Positions 45,539 to 54,587 of a stretch of DNA of 64,000 nucleotides are shown one piece after another. Source of the stretch: a virus. Lineage: Duplodnaviria; Heunggongvirae; Uroviricota; Caudoviricetes. The stretch covers positions 130,831-194,830 of the IMG/VR virus record IMGVR_UViG_3300042890_002891. One strand, 5' to 3'. Position 1 is the stretch's first letter, and every line of letters begins with the position of its first letter. Below the pieces are notes generated by a model, which was not told where the DNA came from, made no database searches, and was given only the letters and a program-made list of their open reading frames with translations. Made by a program: the position numbers and the translations under genes.

Positions 45539-47623
45539 TTACATTCTTCCTACAACAATTTCTATAATTCCACTTGAACCGTTAAAGTCTTGCAGGGCTT
45601 TGCCAATCACAGTGCCCATGGCAGGTGCAGCACAGGCCTGTGCATGACCGTTACCTGCACTTACCATCATGTCACCTTTGGCCACAGTGCCAACCACTAG
45701 AGTAGGCACTCGTCCTGTTAGTGCTACCACAGCGCGATGTTCAGCGGTGAGACCATTGTTCATTAGATAACTGGGCTTGTCAGAAATTACACCAGCCACA
45801 CGAGCGTCATTTACAACCTGGCTCTGAGTAACTTCTTTTGAGCCGCCAAAACTGACCACGGTGCCGGTTGCAAAATCAGCATCACCTTCGTAGACTTCGG
45901 CCAAGTCAGCATACAGTGCTGTGGTTGCCTGGGCAAACACTCTGTTAAAGTAATTGGTTGAATTACCAATGTTGCCCACTGCATTGCCTGCACCATTCAC
46001 AATAGCTGTGGCAAACCCATCTGAGTTGACATAGAGGAATCCGGGCGTCAATATATTACCACCTGTAACATTACCAACAGCACTTATCAAGCCACCTGTG
46101 ACAACATTACCACCTGTGATGTTGCCAGTTGCTGACGCAGTACCGCCAGTAGCCAAATTGCCACCAGTGATAGTTGACGTGGCATTTACTAGGCCACCAG
46201 TTATGACATTACCACCCGTGACATTGCCAACAGCACTTATCAAGCCACCTGTAACATTGCCAACAGCACTGATCAGGCCACCTGTGACTACATTGCCACC
46301 GGTGACGTTGCCTGTAGCTGATATCAATCCTTCTGTGCGCAAATTACCACCTGAGATGTTGCCGCTTGCAATAATCAAGCCGCTTGTGATAAAATTACTG
46401 CCCTGTATATTACCGGTGGCCGACACTGTGCCGCCGAGTAAAATATTGCCACCAAAGATGTCACCAGTTATACTTGCTGTACCGCTTGTGATCAAGTTGC
46501 CACCAGTAATTGTCGCTGTGGCACTTATCAAGCCGCCTGTGACAACATTTCCACCAGTAACGTTGCCGCTTGCACTAACAACCAATCCCAAGTGACTTGA
46601 ACCGGTTACGGTACCAGTTGCACTTATCAGGCCACCTGTGACAACATTTCCACCTATGACGTTGCCACTTAGTGATGCTACTGATCCCAACAAACTTGAA
46701 CCGGTTACAGTGCCAGTTGAACTGATCAAACCACCTGTGACTAAATTGCCACCTGTGATGTTGCCACCAGAACTTATCAAGCCTCCGGTGAATACATTAC
46801 CACCTGTAATATTGGCCGAACTTGTAATTGTTGACGTGGCACTGATCAGGCCACCTGTGAGCACATTGCCACCGGTGATGTTTCCTACCGCACCAAATCC
46901 TGCTTGCGAGAATTCAAATAGGTTGGTTACCCCACCAATATTACCGATTATGTTACCACCCGCTGCAGGAATGCTCAACACTGTTGATCCATTGGTCAGT
47001 TGTGTTGCTGCGCCCACATTGCCGGTTGCAACAATACCAGTCAGACCCGAACCATTGCCCGAAAAGAAACTGGCAGCAACATACGCACTGGTTGTGATAT
47101 TAGCCACAGAATTTATTGTGCTTAAAACATTACCGCTCAGGCTCATGCCCACAGCGTTTAAATTGTTTGCAACCACATTGCCCGTGGCCGAAATTACTGC
47201 ACCTATAATGCTTGATCCAGTTACTGACCCAGTTGTGGTTACGTTGCCACCTTGCACTGTGCCCACCGCAGACACTGCTCCGGCGGTGGTTATGTTGCCG
47301 CCGATTATATTACCCGTGGACGAAATCGTGCCTGCTGTGCGAATGTTGCCGCCCTGCAAAGTACCAGTTATAGTGGCCAGTCCAGTGACTATGGCACCAG
47401 TTTGAGTGATGTTGAGCACATTTGCCACATTGCCCGAGCTGATTACAACATTGCCGTTGGCTACTGGAATATTAACATTTGAAGAACCGTTGGCAATACC
47501 TGAGACACCACCAGTGGCAAATAGTTGGTTAAAATTGTCGTTTGTTTTTATAAATGCCGTGCGAATCGGGTCGCCCTGACCATCATTTGCGCTTGAACCG
47601 ACGTTTATTATTAATTGAGTCAT
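45539..47623 (-). CDS. Tail fiber-like protein with C-terminal intramolecular chaperone (ADLAE) domain
   Basis: GSSANDGQGDPIRTAF N-terminus; GNVTGGN repeats; YADLAEVY...GTVV...VALTGRVP...GD. Confidence 0.75.
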   Translation of the reverse strand: MTQLIINVGSSANDGQGDPIRTAFIKTNDNFNQLFATGGVSGIANGSSNVNIPVANGNVVISSGNVANVLNITQTGAIVTGLATITGTLQGGNIRTAGTISSTGNIIGGNITTAGAVSAVGTVQGGNVTTTGSVTGSSIIGAVISATGNVVANNLNAVGMSLSGNVLSTINSVANITTSAYVAASFFSGNGSGLTGIVATGNVGAATQLTNGSTVLSIPAAGGNIIGNIGGVTNLFEFSQAGFGAVGNITGGNVLTGGLISATSTITSSANITGGNVFTGGLISSGGNITGGNLVTGGLISSTGTVTGSSLLGSVASLSGNVIGGNVVTGGLISATGTVTGSSHLGLVVSASGNVTGGNVVTGGLISATATITGGNLITSGTASITGDIFGGNILLGGTVSATGNIQGSNFITSGLIIASGNISGGNLRTEGLISATGNVTGGNVVTGGLISAVGNVTGGLISAVGNVTGGNVITGGLVNATSTITGGNLATGGTASATGNITGGNVVTGGLISAVGNVTGGNILTPGFLYVNSDGFATAIVNGAGNAVGNIGNSTNYFNRVFAQATTALYADLAEVYEGDADFATGTVVSFGGSKEVTQSQVVNDARVAGVISDKPSYLMNNGLTAEHRAVVALTGRVPTLVVGTVAKGDMMVSAGNGHAQACAAPAMGTVIGKALQDFNGSSGIIEIVVGRM

Positions 47624-47721
47624 AGATACACATCCTCTAAGGTATTTATGGCCTAAATTGGAAAGCTCAAATGATGAACTATGGGCATTGCACCCATATC
47701 AACCCCAGTTAACTGAGTGTA

Positions 47722-48042
47722 TTAAACTGAGAAACTAGATCCGCAACCGCAGGTGCTGGCAGCTTGCGGGTTAGCAATCACAAAACTGGCACCCATGATA
47801 TCTTCGCGATAGTCAATGTCCGCGCCATTGAGATACTGCATGCTCATGGCATCTACCACAATTTTTACTTCTTCGTACACAAAGTCAAAATCATCTTCGG
47901 CCTGTGTTTCTTCAAACGTAAAGCCATAGCTGAACCCTGAGCATCCGCCGCCCTGCACAAACACTCGCAGCATGATGCCAGGCTTGTTTTCTTCAGCAAA
48001 TAGTTCTCGCAGTTTGGTCACTGCACCAGGTTTGATATTCAT
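47722..48042 (-). CDS. erpA: Fe-S cluster A-type carrier (ErpA/IscA)
   Basis: [11 protein letters not shown]...CGCGSSF. Confidence 0.9.
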   Translation of the reverse strand: MNIKPGAVTKLRELFAEENKPGIMLRVFVQGGGCSGFSYGFTFEETQAEDDFDFVYEEVKIVVDAMSMQYLNGADIDYREDIMGASFVIANPQAASTCGCGSSFSV

Positions 48043-48590
48043 TAAAGTCTTTCGTTGCAAACGTCCCAGTCAATGATCTTCCAGATATTGTCAAGATAAC
48101 GTTCTTTGTCCCACTGGTAATCTGTGGCCCAAACGTGTTCCCACCAGTCTACCAGCACACAGATGTCTGTGCGCACAGCATGATTAGCAATTGTTTTGAT
48201 AGCACCTGTAGTACTTAGATAAATCCAGCCCGAGCCCTGAATCTTCATGGCAGTTTGTTTGAACTCTTCGCGAAAATCTTCATAGGTTTTGAAGTGTTCT
48301 TCTATCAGGGCAAGTACTGCACCACGTGGACGGTTGGCACCCTTGGGAGCCCGAAGTTGGGGGAAAAACTTATTGTGTAGAAAACTACCAGCACGATTAA
48401 AATCTGCATTGCCTTCTCCTGCATTGTAGCGGCGGGCATAGCCCTTGGCTAGATGCCCGTAGTGATAGTTGATGCTGTCTGCACTCAGTACCGGCATCAG
48501 ATCTTTTTCACCATAGGGCAAAGGAGTGGTTTCCAGCTTGGCTGGTCGTGTGCTGGCTTCAACAAGATCAATTGTATTTCTGATGTCCAT
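48042..48590 (-). CDS. sod: Fe/Mn superoxide dismutase with N-terminal extension
   Basis: LPY...YHYGH...LHNKFF...GSGW...DWWEH; the four metal ligands appear retained. Confidence 0.85.
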   Translation of the reverse strand: MDIRNTIDLVEASTRPAKLETTPLPYGEKDLMPVLSADSINYHYGHLAKGYARRYNAGEGNADFNRAGSFLHNKFFPQLRAPKGANRPRGAVLALIEEHFKTYEDFREEFKQTAMKIQGSGWIYLSTTGAIKTIANHAVRTDICVLVDWWEHVWATDYQWDKERYLDNIWKIIDWDVCNERL

Positions 48591-48598
48591 AATGATAT

Positions 48599-48814
48599 TT
48601 ATTTCCTTCTGGTGATTCGGCCACGGGCAAGATCATAAGGGGTGAATTCCATTTCTACCCGATCTCCCAGCAAGACCTTGATGTTGTTTTTTCTCATGCG
48701 GCCCGACAAGTGTGCCAGCACCACAGTGTTTAGGTTGTCTATTTTTACACGGAACATGGCAGAGGGCAACACTTCCTCCACATACCCTTCCATGTTTATG
48801 GTGTCTTCTTTCAA
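48599..48814 (-). CDS. infA: Translation initiation factor IF-1
   Basis: EGYVEEVLP...[20 protein letters not shown]...PYDL.RGRI; TTG start. Confidence 0.92.
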   Translation of the reverse strand: MKEDTINMEGYVEEVLPSAMFRVKIDNLNTVVLAHLSGRMRKNNIKVLLGDRVEMEFTPYDLARGRITRRK

Positions 48815-48840
48815 CAGTATCTTTCGTTTTTCATAGACAA

Positions 48841-49245
48841 TTACTTAGCAGCAAAATCCAACTCAGCTGTGATTTTTTGCAGGCGATCAAAACGGAAACT
48901 GCGCCATTCGTTCTTTTCTGTGTCAAATACTCGAACACTGTGCGGGTCAGGTTGTTTGCGCGGCTTTCGACTTTCGGTCAAGCCATCTGGGTTGGTGACA
49001 GAGGATTTGAAGATTGCGCCCACAGGTGCCGGTGGAATTCTGCTGCTGTCCAGAGTGCATCGCATGCTGCGTTCTGTGCCGTCAGCTTTGACAAAATCCA
49101 CTGTGATTTCGCTGGTGATCAACAGGCCCCGGACCCAGGCTCGTATTTCAGCTTGTCCTGCTTCGTCTGCTTCTTGATACTGTGTTCCGGGTGCGTTTTT
49201 CAGCAAGCGAAACACTTCTGCTTTTTCCCAATCTAGTGTTGTCAT
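48841..49245 (-). CDS. WYL-like (SH3-fold) phage protein
   Basis: [17 protein letters not shown]...[13 protein letters not shown]. Confidence 0.7.
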   Translation of the reverse strand: MTTLDWEKAEVFRLLKNAPGTQYQEADEAGQAEIRAWVRGLLITSEITVDFVKADGTERSMRCTLDSSRIPPAPVGAIFKSSVTNPDGLTESRKPRKQPDPHSVRVFDTEKNEWRSFRFDRLQKITAELDFAAK

Positions 49246-49277
49246 ATGTTCTCCTAAATATTTATTAATCGGTGTTG

Positions 49278-49451
49278 TCATAATCCCCATCTCAATCGAT
49301 ACCATGCATAGTCAGTGCCCTTGCGAAAGTAGATAACATCATCCCGGTGATACCAACGAGTTTGATCACGATCGCCACCGGGTCCAAACGTGTCTATGAT
49401 CCATATCAGCTGTTTTATGTCTACAGAGTTTGCGGGCAAGGACCATGTCAT
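49278..49451 (-). CDS. FxL(K/R)W-family small protein, copy 6
   Basis: Hand-translated MTWSLP...TFG...RWY...IYFRKGTDYAWYRLRWGL. Confidence 0.65.
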   Translation of the reverse strand: MTWSLPANSVDIKQLIWIIDTFGPGGDRDQTRWYHRDDVIYFRKGTDYAWYRLRWGL

Positions 49452-49768
49452 GACCACTTCAACACAAACCAGTCCCGGTCCCGAGCGTCACGAAACCAGA
49501 ACTTGCCACTGTCCGCATACCAACGGGCATTGGCCTCCCTTAGGTCAGGCGAAGGGCCAAAGGTGTTGTTCATCCAGACCACCATGTCATACCACTTGCC
49601 TTCTGCGTTCCCAGGAGTCACTGTTAGATACTCTTGTCCATACACTCGACCTGTGCTGTGCTCTAGATAAAAATCAAATATCATGCCCATACTCTTCAAA
49701 ACTTGTTTATCGATATCATCGCTCATGGCTTGAGCTGCTTTTTTTAATAGCGTTTGTTCCAGGTTCAT
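49448..49768 (-). CDS. FxL(K/R)W-family small protein, copy 5
   Basis: W...TFG...RWY...FWFRDARDRDWFVLKWS. Confidence 0.7.
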   Translation of the reverse strand: MNLEQTLLKKAAQAMSDDIDKQVLKSMGMIFDFYLEHSTGRVYGQEYLTVTPGNAEGKWYDMVVWMNNTFGPSPDLREANARWYADSGKFWFRDARDRDWFVLKWS

Positions 49769-49998
49769 GACCATTTCAGTGCAAACAGTGCAGCAGTCTT
49801 GCTATCAGTGAACTGCCAAACGGTGCCACCGTCTGCCTGGTGTTCTTCACGCCAGAGATCAGTGTGTATGCTATTGCCAAACGTATTGCAGCACCAGTCA
49901 AACATGTTGATATATCCATTTCGATCTGCTTGATCGTAAGTTAACCTGATTCGATATTTCCACTTTCGTGCATCTTGTCGTCGTTGTTTGGAGTTCAT
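49765..49998 (-). CDS. FxL(K/R)W-family small protein, copy 4
   Basis: WCCNTFG...WQFTDSKTAALFALKWS. Confidence 0.7.
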   Translation of the reverse strand: MNSKQRRQDARKWKYRIRLTYDQADRNGYINMFDWCCNTFGNSIHTDLWREEHQADGGTVWQFTDSKTAALFALKWS

Positions 49999-50198
49999 GA
50001 CCACCTCAGTGTAAACCACATGTGGTATTTTTTGTTGTCAAACCAATAAATGTCCGGTCCCAGTGGGTACATCAGGTCCGCTGCTGGATCTCGACCCAGT
50101 CTGTACCACGCCTGATCAAACTTGCCCAGGTGTTGTTCACACCAAGGCACCACCTGATCCATTGAACTGGTGGTAGTGGCCCGGTACAAAAAATTCAT
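49995..50198 (-). CDS. FxL(K/R)W-family small protein, copy 3
   Basis: WCEQHLG...YWFDNKKYHMWFTLRWS. Confidence 0.7.
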   Translation of the reverse strand: MNFLYRATTTSSMDQVVPWCEQHLGKFDQAWYRLGRDPAADLMYPLGPDIYWFDNKKYHMWFTLRWS

Positions 50199-50479
50199 GC
50201 CCATTTCAACAAGAACAAGGTTCTATCCGATTCTTCACGGAACCAGTATTTTCTATCACTGCCTACCCAGCGCCCTTTGTCTTGGTCTGCCCACACAGTG
50301 TCACCAAATGTTGCTCGCACCCATAACTCGATGTTGTACATTTCTGTTACGTTGTAGTACCGAGGTTGCACCCAGTAGGGCCAATTGGGTTGTAATACTG
50401 CTTGACCAGTGTCAAGCCGTTTCTTATCGGTTACCAATTCGGTCCAGCGAGATTCTGCCATAGCACGTTTCTTTATCAT
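50195..50479 (-). CDS. FxL(K/R)W-family small protein, copy 2
   Basis: WVRATFG...RW...YWFREESDRTLFLLKWA. Confidence 0.7.
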   Translation of the reverse strand: MIKKRAMAESRWTELVTDKKRLDTGQAVLQPNWPYWVQPRYYNVTEMYNIELWVRATFGDTVWADQDKGRWVGSDRKYWFREESDRTLFLLKWA

Positions 50480-50640
50480 GACCACTTGAGTAAAAACATC
50501 AAGGCTTCTTTTTCATTGCCAAAACAGTAATCAATTGTTGCGGTATTGTATGAGAAGTTGGTGATATAACTTGGACAATGCTGCTTGGCCCAGGCCAAAG
50601 GCTTCCAATCAAAAGGATCGTAGGGCAAAGTGACTGTCAT
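50476..50640 (-). CDS. FxL(K/R)W-family small protein, copy 1
   Basis: Hand-translated MTVTLPY...WAKQHC...YCFGNEKEALMFLLKWS. Confidence 0.65.
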   Translation of the reverse strand: MTVTLPYDPFDWKPLAWAKQHCPSYITNFSYNTATIDYCFGNEKEALMFLLKWS

Positions 50641-50645
50641 GCTGC

Positions 50646-51044
50646 TTATCCACGGCGCATGGTTGCGATGTCATGTGCTTCTTGATCGCTGAACACCGGC
50701 ACTGCATTTGATTTGTGCATGGTACCAATGCCAAGAATTTTTGTGCCTGTGTATTGCGGATTAGGTTTGCTGGATACTGCTCCTGAATGTCCGGTGTCAC
50801 GGCTGGGAATGTGCGCGGTGCCTGCACGATCTGTCACACCGGTTAGATTGTACACCAAGGGCTCTGCTGCCAGGGCACGTCGACGCTTCTTTTCTTCTGC
50901 AGCCACGCCTTGACGTTTCAGCAGTTCTTTCCAGCTGGAATCCAGCTCACGAGCCAGTCGTGCTTCCTCGGCATTGCGGTATTTGAACTTGCCCTTCTTT
51001 TTACCATTAAGACTAAGAGCAGGTCCAACTAGATGAAACGTCAT
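50646..51044 (-). CDS. Basic hypothetical protein
   Basis: Lys/Arg-rich; GIGTMHKSNAVPVF ending; follows sigma70 promoter. Confidence 0.65.
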   Translation of the reverse strand: MTFHLVGPALSLNGKKKGKFKYRNAEEARLARELDSSWKELLKRQGVAAEEKKRRRALAAEPLVYNLTGVTDRAGTAHIPSRDTGHSGAVSSKPNPQYTGTKILGIGTMHKSNAVPVFSDQEAHDIATMRRG

Positions 51045-51076
51045 TGAAATATCCTTTGTGGCTCAATCATGTGCTT

Positions 51077-51105
51077 ATTATAGCACAGAGTGAATTAATA
51101 GTCAA
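51077..51105 (-). promoter_or_regulatory. Sigma70 promoter (degenerate member of the early repeat)
   Basis: TTGACT-17 nt-TATAAT with GC before the -10. Confidence 0.75.
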
Positions 51106-51106
51106 G

Positions 51107-51832
51107 TCACAATTGATCCGCGTTGATGATATTGATCTGAGATCGAATTTCTTTTGGAATGCACAACATATTTTGATAGTCTATTTTTAAAAACTCATAA
51201 TCTGGCACCGCGGCCAATGTGTGTTTTATTGCGTCCGCTCCTGTGATAAAAAATTCCACCCAGATATATGGACGATATTTTTGTATGGTCTCAATGCCGC
51301 CTGCCAAGGCAGCACACTCATATCCTTCCACATCTAGTTTGATAAAATCCAATCGATCCAGGGCCAGGCCGTCAATGGTTTTTATTTCGATTGCTGTGCC
51401 CGGGCCAGTCTCTGTAATCTGCACACAACCAAAGTCTTGTGGCATACCGTAATCAATTGGAGGCACCCGGGCTGTGCCAGGGTGTTCACCAAGCCCGGCG
51501 TTGTGCAACTCACAAAAGTCAATGTCATTCAGAGCCAGGCTACCTGACAGCGCACGGTACAACTCGCGTTGTGGTTCAAAACTAATGATTCGTGGTTTCT
51601 TTGCTCGTATGTTGTTGGCCACAGGAATTGTAAAGAAACCTGCATTGGCACCACCGTCAATGATCACAGCCCCCTGTGGAACTGTGCCCAGTATGGCAAA
51701 GATGTTGCGCAGTTCATCTTCGATGTGTGTGGCACCTGTTTTGATCAAGGCTTCTGCTTGAAAACTACAGTGTCGATTTATGATAAACCGACCGTGTATG
51801 CTATCCAGCACCACAAAGTTTGGTACAGTCAT
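51107..51832 (-). CDS. FkbM-family methyltransferase
   Basis: IDGGANAG...SFEPQ...DFIKLDVEGYE. Confidence 0.85.
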   Translation of the reverse strand: MTVPNFVVLDSIHGRFIINRHCSFQAEALIKTGATHIEDELRNIFAILGTVPQGAVIIDGGANAGFFTIPVANNIRAKKPRIISFEPQRELYRALSGSLALNDIDFCELHNAGLGEHPGTARVPPIDYGMPQDFGCVQITETGPGTAIEIKTIDGLALDRLDFIKLDVEGYECAALAGGIETIQKYRPYIWVEFFITGADAIKHTLAAVPDYEFLKIDYQNMLCIPKEIRSQINIINADQL

Positions 51833-52131
51833 TTAAACAACACAAGAGCCATCATCACAGCCTGCACAATAAAGCCCAGACCAATTGTGATAATGTTTAG
51901 ATTGTCCTTGAGTACTATGGCCCGCAAAAACAACAAGACCAAGGCACTCCACATAAACAGCACCAGATCCAGACTGGGTGGGCGATCGCTGAGTCCTGTG
52001 ATCAGAGCCAGCATTGTGGGCACAGTGGCAGCATGCAACAGGATAGCTGCCAACCAGCCCAGAGTATCTGCTGAAATTCGAGCCAGGGAATTTGCCACAA
52101 AATCACGTGCAATGTTGATGTCAAATTTCAT
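51829..52131 (-). CDS. Membrane protein
   Basis: Three hydrophobic helices. Confidence 0.65.
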   Translation of the reverse strand: MKFDINIARDFVANSLARISADTLGWLAAILLHAATVPTMLALITGLSDRPPSLDLVLFMWSALVLLFLRAIVLKDNLNIITIGLGFIVQAVMMALVLFK

Positions 52132-52703
52132 GCTTTGTCTCCGTAAAAAATATGGTTACCAATTTTTTCAATTCGGGGCAGTTTCCAACCTGGGCTCACA
52201 TAGTCCGCATGATAGAACAATGCGTTTTCAAGACTGGGCAATCGGAATTTTTCCAACAGCACCTTCTTGGCCACTTCTTCACTTTCTTTCCAGAGTGCAG
52301 GATGCACTGGTCGAATCTTGTGATTGCTTTCGCAGTACCAGCTGAACTGACACACTACCTTTTGATAGAATGTGTTCTTCTGATATACCACTCCACACAC
52401 GGTGGGGGCAAACTTGCCCGATTCTACTCGGTTCAGTGTGACCTGAGCAACACCTACCTTGCCCTCAAAGGGTTCCGAGGCAGCTTCCCAGTAGATGTTT
52501 CTGGTGAGACAATCCAGTTGTTTGGTGTTTTCAGCAGCACTTACATAGCCGGTGGGCAGGTTGCGATTGTCTTGGCGTAGTTGACTCAGCTTGGAATTGC
52601 AGGCTGCAAACACAGCCGCGAACACCAGCACAAGTCCGATGGCGTTGAGAGCTCTAGAGCTCCATTTGGCCATTTTTAGATTTTGATAGATTTTTGTTTT
52701 CAT
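52128..52703 (-). CDS. Cell wall hydrolase (SleB / Hydrolase_2 family)
   Basis: CLTRNIYWEA...GKVGVAQVTLNRV...VVYQ...QFSW...FYHADYV.P.W...IGNHIFY. Confidence 0.88.
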   Translation of the reverse strand: MKTKIYQNLKMAKWSSRALNAIGLVLVFAAVFAACNSKLSQLRQDNRNLPTGYVSAAENTKQLDCLTRNIYWEAASEPFEGKVGVAQVTLNRVESGKFAPTVCGVVYQKNTFYQKVVCQFSWYCESNHKIRPVHPALWKESEEVAKKVLLEKFRLPSLENALFYHADYVSPGWKLPRIEKIGNHIFYGDKA

Positions 52704-52798
52704 GGTAGTTTTACTTACTCAGTTGGGTTGAAATCCGGACTAGTCCGGGCCAAAATGGTAGCGTTTTGCCATTAACTAGGGAGTTAACCCCATCAACA

Positions 52799-52827
52799 AT
52801 TATAACATCAAGTTCAATTGTTGTCAA
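52799..52827 (-). promoter_or_regulatory. Consensus sigma70 promoter ahead of the sleB-like leader
   Basis: TTGACA-17 nt-TATAAT overlapping the nadE stop. Confidence 0.8.
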
Positions 52828-53608
52828 TCATGCACACCGGAATTGGCAACATCTTGTGCAGATTGGCCTCTCGGATTTTGCGATAGCGTTGAAGATTACG
52901 GGTTTGGTCTTTGCTGAGTTTTTCTGTCCAGACCATGGTGTCCAGGGCCATGGCCAGTTCCAGTTCTGGGTAGGTCATGCCTAACTGATCTTCGTCAGTT
53001 CTGCGATCATTCCAGAGTCCGTCAGTGGGGGCAGCGTCAATGATTTCTTGCAGCAGGCCCATTTCACGTCCCATGTCCCAGACATCAGTTTTGAGGCAAT
53101 CTCCAATGGGGCTGATGTCCACGCCACCGTCGCCGTACTTGGTGTAGAACCCCACACCAAAGTCTTCTACTCGATTGCCAGTGCCCACCACAATGCCACC
53201 GTTGCACTGAGCAATCTGATACAGGCTCATCATTCGCAGTCTTGCACGGCTGTTGGCAAAGGCCAATTGTTCTTGGGAATTGGATTCTTGATCTGTTGAG
53301 CACACAGGGCCAACCTTTTGTTCAAAGGCAGCAAACACCGGAGTAAGATCCAGGTTGATGTGAGTCACAGTGGCGTAGTTGTGTGTAAGCCAGGCCGCAT
53401 GATCTTCACTGAGCTGTTTCTGTGCTGACACCTGATAGATGGGCATGCTAACCACAATTGTTGGGAGTCCGGTCATGGCGCATAGTGTGCTCACAACAGA
53501 ACTGTCAATACCGCCTGACACCCCAACCACCAGAGTTGATATCTTGGACTTGGTGGCATATTGTTTGATCCACTTCACAATATGACTGATTCGTTTTTTT
53601 GGTTTCAT
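52814..53608 (-). CDS. nadE: NH3-dependent NAD+ synthetase
   Basis: GVSGGIDS...NSRARLRM...GTGN...GFYTKYGDG...KTDV...PTDGL...DE. Confidence 0.92.
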   Translation of the reverse strand: MKPKKRISHIVKWIKQYATKSKISTLVVGVSGGIDSSVVSTLCAMTGLPTIVVSMPIYQVSAQKQLSEDHAAWLTHNYATVTHINLDLTPVFAAFEQKVGPVCSTDQESNSQEQLAFANSRARLRMMSLYQIAQCNGGIVVGTGNRVEDFGVGFYTKYGDGGVDISPIGDCLKTDVWDMGREMGLLQEIIDAAPTDGLWNDRRTDEDQLGMTYPELELAMALDTMVWTEKLSKDQTRNLQRYRKIREANLHKMLPIPVCMIDNN

Positions 53609-54090
53609 AGTTGATTCAACTTAGGTAATGTTTTGAGCTTTGCCCACATCTGGGATTTTTCTCGGCATTGTTGCTCTAACTCACGATAACGGTCGCCTAA
53701 CTCACGCAATTGATCCCATTCTGCTTCAAGTTCAGTTGCGGGCTGCATCCAGTTCAGGCGCTCTTGTAGTGCTGCCAGAGTGGCCAGGAGGCTTGTGCCG
53801 TTGATTGTGATGTCTGCTGACTCGCCCTGGAGATCAATTTTGCCACTGGCGTTGACAGTGACCGGGGCCTGGCCAACACCAGTGGTGCCATTTGTCCAGG
53901 TTGGAGTCGCACCATAAGGGCCGGTGTTGCCAAAATAGGTACCGCTGGTGCTGCTGCCAATTGCTGTGATTGGACCAAAAGGCATGCCCACGGTGTTGCC
54001 ATGACTTGTGACGGTATTGCTGCCATTGATGTTCCAAACGCTTTTCAAAGCGTCAGGATCAATAGGATAGGATACTGTGCGGCTTTTCAT
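53605..54090 (-). CDS. Hypothetical protein (Gly/Thr-rich N-terminus, coiled C-terminus)
   Basis: ATGA overlap with upstream ORF. Confidence 0.6.
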   Translation of the reverse strand: MKSRTVSYPIDPDALKSVWNINGSNTVTSHGNTVGMPFGPITAIGSSTSGTYFGNTGPYGATPTWTNGTTGVGQAPVTVNASGKIDLQGESADITINGTSLLATLAALQERLNWMQPATELEAEWDQLRELGDRYRELEQQCREKSQMWAKLKTLPKLNQL

Positions 54091-54263
54091 TCTGGTGCTT
54101 TTTTCAGCTGCCACGAGCCGTCTTTGAGATCGGTCCAGGTCAAGGTGTCGCCCTCGTCCCAGCCCATTTGATCACATAATTCTTGTCCAAGATCCAGAAT
54201 CAACTGTTCTGGATCTTCAGGATCTTCAACTATTTGCCGGACTAGTATGTTTGGTTTTGTCAT
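54087..54263 (-). CDS. AbrB/MazE-like small DNA-binding protein (58 aa)
   Basis: Hand-translated ...LILDLGQELCDQMGWDEGDTLTWTDLKDGSWQLKK. Confidence 0.65.
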   Translation of the reverse strand: MTKPNILVRQIVEDPEDPEQLILDLGQELCDQMGWDEGDTLTWTDLKDGSWQLKKAPE

Positions 54264-54399
54264 GACTTTTTGAGTGTTGATACCACACCGCCAGTCGAGT
54301 CAGTTTCTCTTGAAGCAGCTGATCTCGTTGCAGCGGTGTTAGTGTTGTGGGCCATTCAGTAGAAATCCTAACGGGCAATTGAAGATCCCGATGAATCAT
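54226..54399 (-). CDS. Small hypothetical protein (57 aa)
   Basis: Hand-translated; ATGA overlap with the Hc1-like stop. Confidence 0.35.
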   Translation of the reverse strand: MIHRDLQLPVRISTEWPTTLTPLQRDQLLQEKLTRLAVWYQHSKSHDKTKHTSPANS

Positions 54400-54587
54400 T
54401 TTGCCACAGTAGCCAAGGCTTCTTTTTCCGCTGTGATTTCTTTGCGGCGTTCTTTGATGCCCTTGCTCATTTCTTGCAGAGCTTTTCTAGCACGAGCCGC
54501 GGCTGCTTTCACACCCTTGGCTGTGAACTTTTCATTTTCTGCAATGTATGTGTCGTAGGCTGCTACAATTGATTCGTGTTGTGTCAT
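54396..54587 (-). CDS. Histone H1-like (Hc1-type) nucleoid protein
   Basis: ENEKFTAKGVKAAAARARKALQEMSKGIKERRKEI; AAGGAG RBS. Confidence 0.75.
   Translation of the reverse strand: MTQHESIVAAYDTYIAENEKFTAKGVKAAAARARKALQEMSKGIKERRKEITAEKEALATVAK

Noticed and set aside
52704-52798. c-di-GMP-I or c-di-AMP riboswitch call for the hydrolase leader
   Set aside because: Only a GGCAAA fragment matches; the GNRA/receptor and downstream conserved blocks are absent, so it is kept as an unclassified structured leader.
10547-53608. Bacterial chromosome or prophage-flank origin for clpA, dnaJ, sod, infA, nadE, erpA
   Set aside because: These genes are interleaved and overlapping with virion genes and T4-type late boxes, with no operon context typical of bacteria and no integrase or att site seen.
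54087-54263. Complete toxin-antitoxin module
   Set aside because: No MazF/VapC-like toxin is recognisable next to the AbrB-like ORF.
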